DNA of 64,000 nucleotides from an uncultured Gemmatimonadales bacterium (GCA_963728915.1 CAVSLV010000001.1:512001-576000); one strand, 5' to 3'. Positions 1-10,036 are shown, counted from the first letter of the stretch. Numbers and translations are program-made. The notes: generated by a model from the sequence alone, not told the origin.

Positions 1-227
1 TCCTCGCGACCCGCATGCCCGGGGGACGGCCGCTCCGGATCAACGACACACAGACAAGGGTCCGGTCCGCACCTCAAGGATACCCCTTGTCGACGCTCTC
101 GCCGTTACCCGGCCTGCACCGAACCGGTGGACCGGCGATGAGTCACCCGTGCGTTCCCAACCCGTCGCGCCGTCCGATTAGATGAGGCCCCTGCCCCAAG
201 GCAGGTGAGCAGAATTCGATCGGAGGT

Positions 228-623
228 ATGACAATGCGATCACTGGTGCGCATCACTGTGCTGGGCGGCTTGCTGGGCGTGCTGTCCTGCGGCCCGACGT
301 ATACGGAAGCCGGCTTCGGGGTCGCCGCCGGGTACGGTCCGGCCATCAGCCTGTATGGCTACTATCCGGACTACTTCGGCGACTGGCGACGGTCCTACCA
401 GCAATGGGACCCGGTCGTCATCTACGAGCTCCACGGGACCTACTACCCTCAACCGGTTCGTGGGGCTCGGGCGCTGGAGGTGTATCGATCAGGCTCGAGC
501 TATTTCCTCCCGCCCCGCGACCGCGCCTGGGCCCGCACCGAACGACGCTTCGGCCCAAAACGGATGCCGAACGGACACGATTATTCTCGGGCTCGGCGCC
601 CTCGAGGCCGGCCCGGGCAGTGA
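228..623 (+). CDS. Putative lipoprotein carrying one copy of the unrecognised 'GDW...YFLPPRD' domain
   Basis: GGAGGT RBS just upstream (spacing fits the second ATG at 234 better); hydrophobic signal ending VLSC; mature part aligns by eye with the repeats of 1510..2505. Confidence 0.8.
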   Translation: MTMRSLVRITVLGGLLGVLSCGPTYTEAGFGVAAGYGPAISLYGYYPDYFGDWRRSYQQWDPVVIYELHGTYYPQPVRGARALEVYRSGSSYFLPPRDRAWARTERRFGPKRMPNGHDYSRARRPRGRPGQ

Positions 624-743
624 GGTGACCGGGCTCACAGGCCTGGTGAGCGATGCGGCCGTCCCTCGGGGCGGCCGCTTCTTTTAACGACCATTACCCC
701 GGTTCCCGCATCATAGAGAGACCACCTTCAAGGACCGGGTCCC

Positions 744-1412
744 TTGCGACTCGCCGCGCCCCTCTGCCTCGCCGGGCTCTCGATGGGGGTGTCCTGGGCT
801 GGCCCCGAAGCCGGGCCAGGCCAGGCTCACCCCCATCGATCCGTCCGAGAGAACGTCCTCACCTCCGACGACTTCCCGAACATCCGGGTGAAGGTCGATC
901 CGGCATTCCACTACGTCGGGTCGTTTTCCTTTACCATCCCGGGGATGGCTGCGGGAGAGCGATATGTCTTCGCGGAAGCGGTGGATCACCGGGTGAACCG
1001 GCTGTTCATCGCCCAGTTCGAGGGAATCTTGCCGACCAGCGCGGAGACCTACAACTACAGTTTCGCGGACTCGCTCGAGCTGGGAGGCTACCGGTTTCGT
1101 CAGAACACATTTGCGTTCAGCAACCAGAAGGGCGGGCAGGAGAATCCAGCAAGTGAAGGCCCGCTCACCGTCGACTTTCTCATCCGGAACGGATACGCCG
1201 TCGCGGACGAGATGATGGCCTCACGCTTCGTGACCGTCCCCGACCCGGAACGGAAACACGAGCTCATTCTCTTTTACATGGAGAGCATTCCGGGCGCGGG
1301 ACATCGGCTCGAAGAATTCTACCAGGGCGAAGACCGGACCCCTCTGTGGCAGGAGCTCTCGCAGATCCTGACGAACCGCGCCCGGGAGAGCTTCACCGTC
1401 CTGGACCGATGA
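744..1412 (+). CDS. Hypothetical exported protein (start uncertain)
   Basis: 222-aa ORF with signal-like N-terminus and normal globular composition; no family recognised. Confidence 0.7.
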   Translation: MRLAAPLCLAGLSMGVSWAGPEAGPGQAHPHRSVRENVLTSDDFPNIRVKVDPAFHYVGSFSFTIPGMAAGERYVFAEAVDHRVNRLFIAQFEGILPTSAETYNYSFADSLELGGYRFRQNTFAFSNQKGGQENPASEGPLTVDFLIRNGYAVADEMMASRFVTVPDPERKHELILFYMESIPGAGHRLEEFYQGEDRTPLWQELSQILTNRARESFTVLDR

Positions 1413-1446
1413 GCTGATTGGCCTTGTGGGGATCGAGGCACGACAA

Positions 1447-1477
1447 GAGGCGGGAGGCCGCTGAGGCCCCCCGCCTC
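1447..1477 (-). terminator. Hairpin between convergent genes, likely terminator of 1510..2505
   Basis: Minus strand GAGGCGGGGGGCC-TCAGC-GGCCTCCCGCCTC (13 bp with one G-U) followed by TTGT; weak U tract. Confidence 0.5.
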
Positions 1478-1509
1478 CCGATCGGGACTATCGATTCGCG
1501 AGCGGTGCG

Positions 1510-2505
1510 CTACGGCCTGCGAGGCGGATGTGCGTTGTTGTAATCCTCGTCCGTCGGACGCAGCCGGGTATCGAACCGCCGGTCGCTGTTCTCCCAGCTC
1601 CGGTCCCGCGGCGGCAGGAAGTACTGATTGCCCTGGTGATACAGCATCAGGGCGCGGGCGCCCGGTACCCGGTCCCGATAGTACCGCCCATTCTGGTAAT
1701 ACACCGTTGCAACCTGCCAGCGGTTCTGGGCAGTGTGCCAGTCGCCCTGCGCGTCCGGCGAATAGAGCATGAAGTCTACCGTCTCGCCGTACTCGGGCTC
1801 GGCCGGAGGTTGCTGGCCGTACACGCCCCGCACCCGGTCCACGGTCCGGTAATCCTCGTCGCCCGGACGGCGGCGGTAATTGTAGCGGCGATCGGCATTG
1901 TTCCAGTCGGCGTCCCGCGGCGGCAGGAAGTAGTGGTTGTTGAAGCGGTAGAGCTGCACCGCGCGCGACCGCGGAACCTGACGGGCGAAAAAGCGACCGT
2001 CCCGCGCGTACAGCGTGACGGGGGTCCAGCGTCGCCACATCCTCCGCCAGTCGCCGAAGGCTTCCGGTGTGTACGCGTCAACCACGATCTCACGACCCCA
2101 GGCCCGCGGCGCGCGTCCACCGTACACGCTGACCACGCCGTCGACGGTGTTGTAGTCCTCCTCCTGGGGGCGATGGCCATACTGGTAGCGCCGGTCCAGG
2201 TTGTTCCAGCCGGCGTCTCGCGGTGGCAGGAAGTACTGATTGTTGTAATTGTAGACCTGGACCGCCCGGGCGCCCTGTATCGCACGGGCGTAAAACCGGC
2301 CGTTCAGGGTATATAAGGTGACCGGCTGCCATCGCCGGTAGTCGGTGCGCCAGTCACCGTCCTGATTCTGCGAATAGGCATAGACCCGGACCTCGGGTGC
2401 CCCGAACTGGACACCCAGCTGAAGCGAGATCTGAGCCTCGCTTCGATTCGGGACCAGCGCGAGCGCGCCCAGGAGCGGCAGGATCGCTAGCGTTGAGGTG
2501 CGCAT
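1510..2505 (-). CDS. Secreted protein with three tandem 'GDW...YFLPPRD' domains
   Basis: Signal peptide ending SEA; YFLPPRD occurs three times, 101 and 103 aa apart; GGAGG RBS. Confidence 0.9.
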   Translation of the reverse strand: MRTSTLAILPLLGALALVPNRSEAQISLQLGVQFGAPEVRVYAYSQNQDGDWRTDYRRWQPVTLYTLNGRFYARAIQGARAVQVYNYNNQYFLPPRDAGWNNLDRRYQYGHRPQEEDYNTVDGVVSVYGGRAPRAWGREIVVDAYTPEAFGDWRRMWRRWTPVTLYARDGRFFARQVPRSRAVQLYRFNNHYFLPPRDADWNNADRRYNYRRRPGDEDYRTVDRVRGVYGQQPPAEPEYGETVDFMLYSPDAQGDWHTAQNRWQVATVYYQNGRYYRDRVPGARALMLYHQGNQYFLPPRDRSWENSDRRFDTRLRPTDEDYNNAHPPRRP

Positions 2506-2543
2506 TTCTCGTCCCCTCCATCGGTGATTGATTCAATGGAGGA

Positions 2544-2570
2544 GACGAGCCGTTTCCGATGGCCGTGACA
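2544..2570 (-). promoter_or_regulatory. Candidate ECF sigma promoter (ECF41-like) for 1510..2505
   Basis: Minus strand TGTCACG-N16-CGTC versus the ECF41 consensus TGTCACA-N16-CGTC. Confidence 0.45.
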
Positions 2571-2824
2571 ATGGGTACGGATTTCGACCTCCTGATTCTG
2601 ATCTCACATTCCACGATTGGGAGCGTTAGCTTCAGGCGATCAGCAAACCACCGCGCCGCTTCGTCTGGCTGCCCTCACCCAGCTTGCGAATCTCACTGCC
2701 GCCATGTTGACGGCCCGGGAGCCGCTCCGTACCTTCGTGGGGTCGAAGGCATTCCTATCCTTGAAGCGGATGCGTGCAACGTGCAGCTCGTCATCCCGCT
2801 CGGGCATTCACGCGCGCTGTCACC

Positions 2825-5216
2825 GTGAGCGCTTCCGCGCAGGCTGATCGACTCGCCTCGGCGCTGGAGGGCCGCTACCGCGTCGAGCGCGAGCTCGGGC
2901 AGGGTGGCATGGCCACCGTCTACCTCGCCGAAGACCTGAAGCACAAGCGCAAGGTCGCGATCAAGGTGCTTCTGCCGGAGCTCGGCGCCGTGGTTGGCGC
3001 GGAGCGTTTTCTCCGCGAAATCGAAACGACGGCGAATCTTCGGCATCCGCACATCCTGCCGCTCTACGATTCCGGCAGCGCGGGCGACTTCCTGTACTAC
3101 GTGATGCCGCTGGTGGAGGGCGAGTCGTTGCGCGATCGCCTCGACCGCGAGAAGCAGCTTCCGATCGCCGACGCCCTGCGCATCGCGCGCGAAATCGCCG
3201 ACGCGTTGAGCTATGCTCACGCGCGCGGCGTCGTGCATCGCGACATCAAACCCGACAATGTCCTCCTCGAGGGCGGACACGCGGTGGTCGCCGACTTTGG
3301 CATCGCGCGTGCGTTCAGCGCTGCCGGCGGTGCGCGCATCACCCAGACCGGCATGGCGGTGGGAACGCCGCTGTACATGAGTCCCGAACAGGCGCTGGGT
3401 GACGCGGAGATCGATGGACGCAGCGATCTGTATAGCCTCGCGTGCGTGCTGTACGAAATGCTCGGCGGACAGCCACCGTTCACCGGCCCGACCGCCGAAT
3501 CGATCGTGCGTCAGCGTCTCGTGGCGGACGCCCCAGCCGATCACGAATTTGCGGCCCGCGGTGCCGGCGGCCGTTGCCGGCGCGCTCCAGCGCGCGCTCG
3601 CCAGGAATCCCGCCGATCGGTTCAACCCCGTCGCGCAGTTTGCGGCGGCGATCGAATCGAATGCCACATCGGGCTCCCTTCCGTCGGGGTCACGGGACGC
3701 TCCGTCGCACGGCGGTACAGCGCCGGCATTCCTTGGTGGAAGACGCCTCGCCTGGGCCGCGGCGGCGATGGCCTTGTTGCTCCTTGTCGCGCTGGGAGTG
3801 GCGTATCAACGCCGCCCATCGGCCGCGCTCGCCGACAACGCGTCGGTGGCCGTGCTCCCGTTCGAGGACCTCTCCCAGCAGCGGACGAGCGAGTACTTCG
3901 GCGACGGCATCGCGGAAACGCTCATCAGCAATTTGAGTAGCGTGCCCGGTCTCGACGTCGCGGCGCGTACGTCGGCCTTCTCGTTCCGCGGCAAGAACGT
4001 CGACGCCCGCGAGATCGCCAGGCAGCTGGGCGTCGCCACGGTACTCGAGGGGAGCGTGCAGCGCGCGGGCGACCGACTGCGCATCAGCGCGCAATTGGTG
4101 AAGGCGAGCACCGGCACGAACCTGTGGTCGGCGACGTTCGACCGAAGCGCCGCCGACATCTTCGCCGTGCAGGACGAAGTGGCGCGCGCGGTGGTGACCG
4201 CGCTGAAGGGCCGGTTGCTCGCCGGCCAGGCGCTTGTTGCCAGCGAGCCGACGCACGATCGCCAGGCGTACGATCTCTATCTCCAGGGTCGCTTTCTCTG
4301 GAACAGGCGCGCCGTGCCCGACCTCGAACAGGCGATCGGCCTGTTCGAAGAGGCCCTTCAGCGCGACTCCTCGTTCGCCCTCGCTCACGCGGGTCTCGCC
4401 GACGCGTACATCGCGTTGGCGTTCTACTCGAACGCCCCGACGCTGCCGACCTTGACGAAGGCGCGCGCGGCGGCCGAGCGAGCCTTGGCGTTGAACCCGA
4501 ATCTGGGGGAGGCGGAGTCCGCGCTCGCGTATCTCACGTTCCTCGAGTGGCACCTCGGTGCGGCCGACAGCATTTTCCGGCGCGCCATCAGGTTGAACCC
4601 CGGATACGCCACCGCCCACAAATGGTATTCGGACCTCCTGCTGACCGACGGGCGCGCCGCCGAGTCCATGAGGGAATTGGTCCGGGCGAAGGAGCTCGAC
4701 CCGCTCGCCGCGATCATCATGGCCAACATCGGCAACTGGTACTGGATTGAAAGGACGGGGGGCGACTCGGCCCTCATCTGGATGGATCGGGCCCTGGCCC
4801 TCGACCCGAACAACCCGCTGGCGCTGGAGAACTCGTCGAGTATCTACTTCAGCCGCGGTGACTCAGCCCGGTTCTTCAAAGCGCGGGAGCGACTCGACGT
4901 CAGCTCGTCGCGCGGCGGCGCGCCGGTGTCGGAACTCCGCAAAGCGTGGGCGGCCGGCGGACCAAACGCCGTTCTGCGGGCGCAGCTCGCCTCTCCTCGA
5001 TCGCAGGGCTTGGCGGTCGAGCGCGCACGGTGGCGCGCTGAGCTCGGGGACATCGACGGGGCGTTTCGCGAGTTGGATACAGGGATCGCCGAGCACTCGA
5101 TCTGGATCATCTACGTCGACCAGTTTCCCGAGTTGGAGCCGCTGCATCGGGACCCTCGCTACGCCGCTCTGCGCGAACGGGTGGGGCTCGCGAAGCGCTC
5201 GACGGTGAAGTCCTGA
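2825..5216 (+). CDS. Ser/Thr protein kinase - TM - TolB_N-like domain - TPR repeats (frameshift near 3532)
   Basis: GQGGMATVY, VAIK, HRDIKPDN, DFG and YMSPE in ORF 2774..3940. Kinase C-lobe (ALQRALARNPADRF), TM, SVAVLPF/VLEGSV and TPRs in ORF 3399..5216. Removing one C from GCCCCAG joins the two. Confidence 0.9.
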
Positions 5217-5380
5217 TGAATCAACCTGCATTAGGCCCATCGATGATTACACGTCGCCGGCCACCGGGACCCTCACATTGAATGGATCTTTCTTCCCGGA
5301 CGAGACCATATTCGTCCGGGACGACTGCGCCTCGTTCCGCTCCCGGTTCCTGGAAGTCTTGGCAAATGATGTCTGAATCA

Positions 5381-7318
5381 ATGGGAATGCGCCGGTTTGG
5401 TCCCGTTCTTCGCCTTCTGGCGACCGTTGCTCTGCTCTGGATCGTCCTGGCCAGGATCCCGATGGCCCAGGTCGTCCCGGCCGTGGTGCGCGCCGAGCCG
5501 GGTTACGTGGCGATGGGCCTGCTGTTCGCTCTGCTGGCGGTCGTCATCGAGGCGGTCCGATTCCGTCTGCTGCTGATCCGGCATGGCATCGCGGTGACCG
5601 CGCCGCAGGTGCTCGCTACTAATCTTGCCTCCAGATTCTACGGGCTCCTTCTCCCGGGTTCGCTTTCCACCGGGGCCTTCCGGTGGTATCGGTTTGGCCA
5701 GGGCCAGCGGGCCTGGGGAACTGTGCTGGCCTCCATCGTGTTCGCTCGGCTGCTGGACACCATCGTGCTGGTGATCTTCGGACTCACCTTCTGGCTCATC
5801 GCCAGGCCATCCGGATCGAGCCCGCTGGTTGGCGTTGCATTGGTCTGCGTGTTGGTGCTGTTGCTGGCCACGCACGCGCTGCTCCGTCTCGGCTCGCCGG
5901 GCGCCAGACGCCTCATGGCGCCGATCGAGCGTCTGTGGCGGCTCGTGGGTATGCCGGCAGCCGTCTGGGAGCGAGGCGCCCGGCTGGCGCAGGCCACAGC
6001 GGAGGGGTACCGGTCCTCCCAGGGAATGTTCGGAAGCCTGGCGGCCCTCTCCGGCCTGGTGCATGGCTGCGCGATGGTCTCGGGCTGGTGCTTCGCGCTG
6101 TCACTGCGGATGCACATCCCGTTCTCGGTCATCGGCTGGGTCAACTCCACGGTCACCGTTCTTCTGATGCTGCCGATCTCCATCGCCGGCTTGGGAGTAC
6201 GCGAGGGCAGCCTGCTCGCGCTCCTGGGTCAGTACGGAGTATCTCAGCCGGATGCGGTCGCCTTCTCCGTGTTATGGCTGGGGAGTGCGATCTCTATGGC
6301 TGTCGCCGGCGGCTGTCTCGAGCTCTACCGAGCGCTCCGCCGCCGGGCCATCGCCCCCGTGGATACCGCCCCCGAGGCCAGGACTGCCAGGCCCGGATCC
6401 GATTCCGGGCTCATGGTTATCGTCGTGTTGAACCTCAACAAGTCCACCGAGACCATTCGATGCCTGGGCAGCGTGTTCAGCCTCGAGTACTCTCCGTTTG
6501 AGGTCGTTTGTATCGACAACGGCTCGACCGATGGATCAGACGAATCCATCAAGCTGGCATTTCCCCGCGCCCATCACCTCCGGAGCGAGGTCAATCTCGG
6601 CGTCGCCGGAGGTCGGAACCTGGGCCTCAGCTACGCCGAGACTCATTTCTCGTACGCCGGGCTCTTTTTCCTCGATAACGACGCCTGGGTGGAACCCGGA
6701 TGCCTGGGCGAGATGGTCGACATCCTGGAGGCGGATCCAGCCGCCGGCCTGGTCGAGGCAAAGGCGCTGCGACCGACAACTCCCCCGGTGTTGTGCTCGG
6801 CAGGCGGACACCGCATCAACTGGTACACGGGAACCATCCGAACGGTCGGCGCCGGCGAAATCGACCGGGGCCAACATGATGCGGGTCGGCCCCAGACCTG
6901 CAGCGGAGGGCTGGTGCTGATTCGACGGAGCGTGTTCGAAGCCATCGGCGGGTTCGACAATGGCTTCAACCCTTATGGGTGGGAAGATCTGGACCTCGGG
7001 TTACGGGCGGGCAAGGCCGGCTTCACGATCCGCTTTGCGCCAAGGGCCATCGCCTATCATGAGGGGGGCAAAGCCGGGCGAGGCCGGGCCATTCCCGAAT
7101 ACGAGCGATCAAAGACGCGCGGCTATTTCCGTTTGTTCAAACGGCACGCGAGTCCGCTGCAGTGGACCTGTTTCCTGGCTCTCCTGCCGCTTCGGGCGAT
7201 CGGGCGCACCGCGCGCGATTTGGTTGGGGGGCACACCGATATCGTCTGGGCGCGCCTCCGGGGACCCTTCGGAGCCGAGACCCCTTCAGTAGATCGTTCT
7301 GCCTCGCCCGAGTCCTGA
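5381..7318 (+). CDS. Fusion of lysylphosphatidylglycerol-synthase TM (UPF0104 flippase-like) domain and family 2 glycosyltransferase
   Basis: N-half is multi-TM with LLLPGSLSTG and PISIAGLGVRE; C-half has IDNGSTDGS, NLGVAGGRN, FLDNDA and EDLDL; start at 5381 or 5387. Confidence 0.85.
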   Translation: MGMRRFGPVLRLLATVALLWIVLARIPMAQVVPAVVRAEPGYVAMGLLFALLAVVIEAVRFRLLLIRHGIAVTAPQVLATNLASRFYGLLLPGSLSTGAFRWYRFGQGQRAWGTVLASIVFARLLDTIVLVIFGLTFWLIARPSGSSPLVGVALVCVLVLLLATHALLRLGSPGARRLMAPIERLWRLVGMPAAVWERGARLAQATAEGYRSSQGMFGSLAALSGLVHGCAMVSGWCFALSLRMHIPFSVIGWVNSTVTVLLMLPISIAGLGVREGSLLALLGQYGVSQPDAVAFSVLWLGSAISMAVAGGCLELYRALRRRAIAPVDTAPEARTARPGSDSGLMVIVVLNLNKSTETIRCLGSVFSLEYSPFEVVCIDNGSTDGSDESIKLAFPRAHHLRSEVNLGVAGGRNLGLSYAETHFSYAGLFFLDNDAWVEPGCLGEMVDILEADPAAGLVEAKALRPTTPPVLCSAGGHRINWYTGTIRTVGAGEIDRGQHDAGRPQTCSGGLVLIRRSVFEAIGGFDNGFNPYGWEDLDLGLRAGKAGFTIRFAPRAIAYHEGGKAGRGRAIPEYERSKTRGYFRLFKRHASPLQWTCFLALLPLRAIGRTARDLVGGHTDIVWARLRGPFGAETPSVDRSASPES

Positions 7319-7410
7319 CTGCCCGGAGGCAGGCATCAGGGGATGGTCGCCGACGCCCAGGTGAATGGCAGTATGAGGATGCGCTCTGGACGCACCCGAC
7401 CACGCGACGT

Positions 7411-9855
7411 CTATTCCGACCGCAACGCGCTTGAGGGACTGAGCCGGGACGCCCGCAGTGCCGGCAGCGTCGTCGCCGCAAGGGTGATCGCCGTAATCAG
7501 GAGGATCGCGCTCGCCAGCATGAGGGGATCCGACGCCCGGATCGCGTACACCCGGTTGGACACGACTTTGCCCGAGAGATACGCCAGTCCTACCCCGATC
7601 CCCGCTCCCAGCAGCCCAAGCGTGCCACCCTGCCGCATGATCAGCCAGAATACCGCCTGGGGCGACGCGCCGAAGGCGAGGCGGGTGGCCATTTCGCCGG
7701 TGCGGAGCGTGCCGGCATAGGATATCACCCCGTAGATCCCGACCGCGGCGAGTACGATCGCAATGGCGCCGAAGAGGAGCATCAGCGTCATCCCCAATTC
7801 CTGCCGCTTGAGCGTGCCGCCCACCACATCCGAGGCGAGCTCGAAATCGATGGCCATCTCCGGGTAGAGCCTCCGCAGCTCGGCACGGATGGGGCCCTCG
7901 AGCTGGGTCGGATCGGCTTGCCCGGCCCACACGACGACCGTGGCACGGCGAAACGGAATCTGACTCAGCGGTGAATAGAACGCCGGCTCGGCCGGCTCGC
8001 CGAGCGACTTCTGCCGCACGTCGTCGATGACTCCTACGATCGTCACCTCATTCCGCGGATCGGGCGTCGGATAGCCGGCCGAGAACTGCACCCCGATCGG
8101 GTCGCGCCCCTTGAGATAGCGCCGGACGAAGACGTTGTTGACGATCGCGACCGGCAAACTGGTCCCAAGGTCCTCCGGGCCGAAATCGCGACCCTGGATC
8201 ACCTTCGTCCCCATCGCGGCGAAGAGGCCTGGGCTCGCCAGGCGCTGACGGGTACCGGGTGGGTTGGCCGGGTCGAACGGCTCGCCGTGAAACTGCGCGA
8301 GCAGGGAGTTCTCCAGGGTTCCCCGCATCGGATACGCCGACACGAGCCCGGCGCCCGCCACACCGGTCACACTGCGCACCGCGTTCAGCAAGTCCAGATG
8401 CGCCTGGCGCACCGCGTCGCCATTCGGATACCGGGGCCCGATGAAGGCTACGTCGAAGAGCAGCCGCTTCTCCGGCTCGAAGCCAGGATCGGTGCTTCTC
8501 AGGTTGGAGAATCCGCGCACCAGCCACCCGGCCCCCGCCACCAGCATGATGGCCAGCGCCACCTCGGCCACCGTCATGGAGCTGAGCCAGCGTACCGTGC
8601 CCCGGCCGGCGCTCGACGTTCGCGAGCTGTCGTTCATCAGGGCCTTCATGTCGCTGCGGAGAAGACGCACCGCCGGTGCGAGCCCGATGATTGCGGCGCA
8701 GACCACGAGCACCAGGAGAGAGAAGAGGAGTACGCGGGCGTCGAACGGGACCGCATCGAGTCGCGGCAGCTTCGAAGCGCCCAGGGCAAGCAGCGCGCGA
8801 AGGCCAAGAAAGGCGAGGCCCAGGCCGAGGAGGGTGCCGGCCGCGGTCAGCACCAGCGATTCGGTGAGAAGCTGACGGACCAGCCGGCCCCACCCGGCGC
8901 CCAGGGCGGCGCGGACCGCCATCTCGCGCGCCTGGGCGGCGCCACGGGCCAGGAGCAGATTCGCGACGTTCACGCAGGCGAGAAGCAGGAGGAGTCCAGT
9001 CGCCGACATGACGATGACCAGGATCGGCCCCAGGTCACCGACGATCGAGTCCACCAGCGGGCGGGGGACGTAGATACGATTCCGGTCCGCGGCTGGGAAA
9101 TCCTGCTCCAGCCCCTTCATGACGCTGGTCAGGCCCGGCCTGGCCTGGTCGATGGTCGTGCCGCGCTTCAGGCGCATGAACCCTTCCTGCCCGTGGTTCA
9201 CGTCGTTGGACGGGGTGCGCTGGGCGAACCAGAGGTCGGCGCCGTGCGGCATGTCGAAGTCGTGCGGCGCCACGCCGGCAACCGTGGTGTTGAACTCGGC
9301 GAAGCGAATGGGCTTGCCGATCACCCCGGGGTCGCTCTGGTAGAGGTTCTGCCATACCCGTTCGGAGATCACCACCGTGGGAAGCGGACCTTGCTGGGGA
9401 GGCGCGCCGGGCGGCGGGGGCTGGAACGCAGTGAAGTCGTCGTGGGTGAACCCGCCCTTGAGCATCGGCAGCCCGAACAGCTCGAAGAACCCTTCGGTCA
9501 CCCCATAGATCCTCACGTGGGTCGGGGTGTTGTCCTCGGCCAGGAGGGTGAGATCGCCTGGCACGAAGCCCGCGGCCCGCGCGATGGTCAGGCTCGAATC
9601 ATTCAGGCGATAGAGCTCCCCGCCGGAAAGGAGTCCGGTGGTGACCCGACCGTCGGTGAGGGCGGTGCGGAGGCTGTAGAGATCCTCGGAATCCGGATAG
9701 GGCAGCGGCTTGAGGAGGACCGCGCTCAGGGTCGTGAAGATCGCCGTGGTGGCGCCGATGCCGAGGGCCAGCGTGACGATGGCGGTGAGGGGGAAGGCGG
9801 GGGCGCGGCGGAACGCGCGCAACGCGACCCGGACGTCCTGGAGAAACGTTTCCAC
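7411..9855 (-). CDS. ADOP-type duplicated ABC permease (two MacB_PCD/FtsX units)
   Basis: LALGIGATTAIF, LLLLLACVNVANLLLAR, REMAVRAALGA, GIYGVISY, PALRASRLSP. Confidence 0.93.
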   Translation of the reverse strand: METFLQDVRVALRAFRRAPAFPLTAIVTLALGIGATTAIFTTLSAVLLKPLPYPDSEDLYSLRTALTDGRVTTGLLSGGELYRLNDSSLTIARAAGFVPGDLTLLAEDNTPTHVRIYGVTEGFFELFGLPMLKGGFTHDDFTAFQPPPPGAPPQQGPLPTVVISERVWQNLYQSDPGVIGKPIRFAEFNTTVAGVAPHDFDMPHGADLWFAQRTPSNDVNHGQEGFMRLKRGTTIDQARPGLTSVMKGLEQDFPAADRNRIYVPRPLVDSIVGDLGPILVIVMSATGLLLLLACVNVANLLLARGAAQAREMAVRAALGAGWGRLVRQLLTESLVLTAAGTLLGLGLAFLGLRALLALGASKLPRLDAVPFDARVLLFSLLVLVVCAAIIGLAPAVRLLRSDMKALMNDSSRTSSAGRGTVRWLSSMTVAEVALAIMLVAGAGWLVRGFSNLRSTDPGFEPEKRLLFDVAFIGPRYPNGDAVRQAHLDLLNAVRSVTGVAGAGLVSAYPMRGTLENSLLAQFHGEPFDPANPPGTRQRLASPGLFAAMGTKVIQGRDFGPEDLGTSLPVAIVNNVFVRRYLKGRDPIGVQFSAGYPTPDPRNEVTIVGVIDDVRQKSLGEPAEPAFYSPLSQIPFRRATVVVWAGQADPTQLEGPIRAELRRLYPEMAIDFELASDVVGGTLKRQELGMTLMLLFGAIAIVLAAVGIYGVISYAGTLRTGEMATRLAFGASPQAVFWLIMRQGGTLGLLGAGIGVGLAYLSGKVVSNRVYAIRASDPLMLASAILLITAITLAATTLPALRASRLSPSSALRSE

Positions 9856-9970
9856 TGTCGGCTCCGATTTGGCGTGTTTCGCGCGGGGGCAGTGCCGCGG
9901 AACGTTGGACTACTCTAACACCGAAATCGTTGTTCCGCGCAGCCGGGACGGTGGGGGTGGAGGTGGGGGG

Positions 9971-10009
9971 GAAACAGCAGGGCCGGTTCGCCCGAAGGCG
10001 AACCGGCCC
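9971..10009 (-). terminator. Intrinsic terminator of the cold-shock gene
   Basis: Perfect 13-bp stem GGGCCGGTTCGCC with a UUCG loop on the minus strand, followed by TGCTGTTTC. Confidence 0.7.
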
Positions 10010-10036
10010 CTGTTCAACGACGTGGGAAGTCGAAGC

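Noticed and set aside
53..91. GACAAGGG/CCCTTGTC inverted repeat at the window start
   Set aside because: Short, upstream context is cut off, and no function can be supported
2625..2631. GTTAGCT as an integron attC core before the kinase
   Set aside because: No matching RYYYAAC inverse core, no attC hairpin and no integrase
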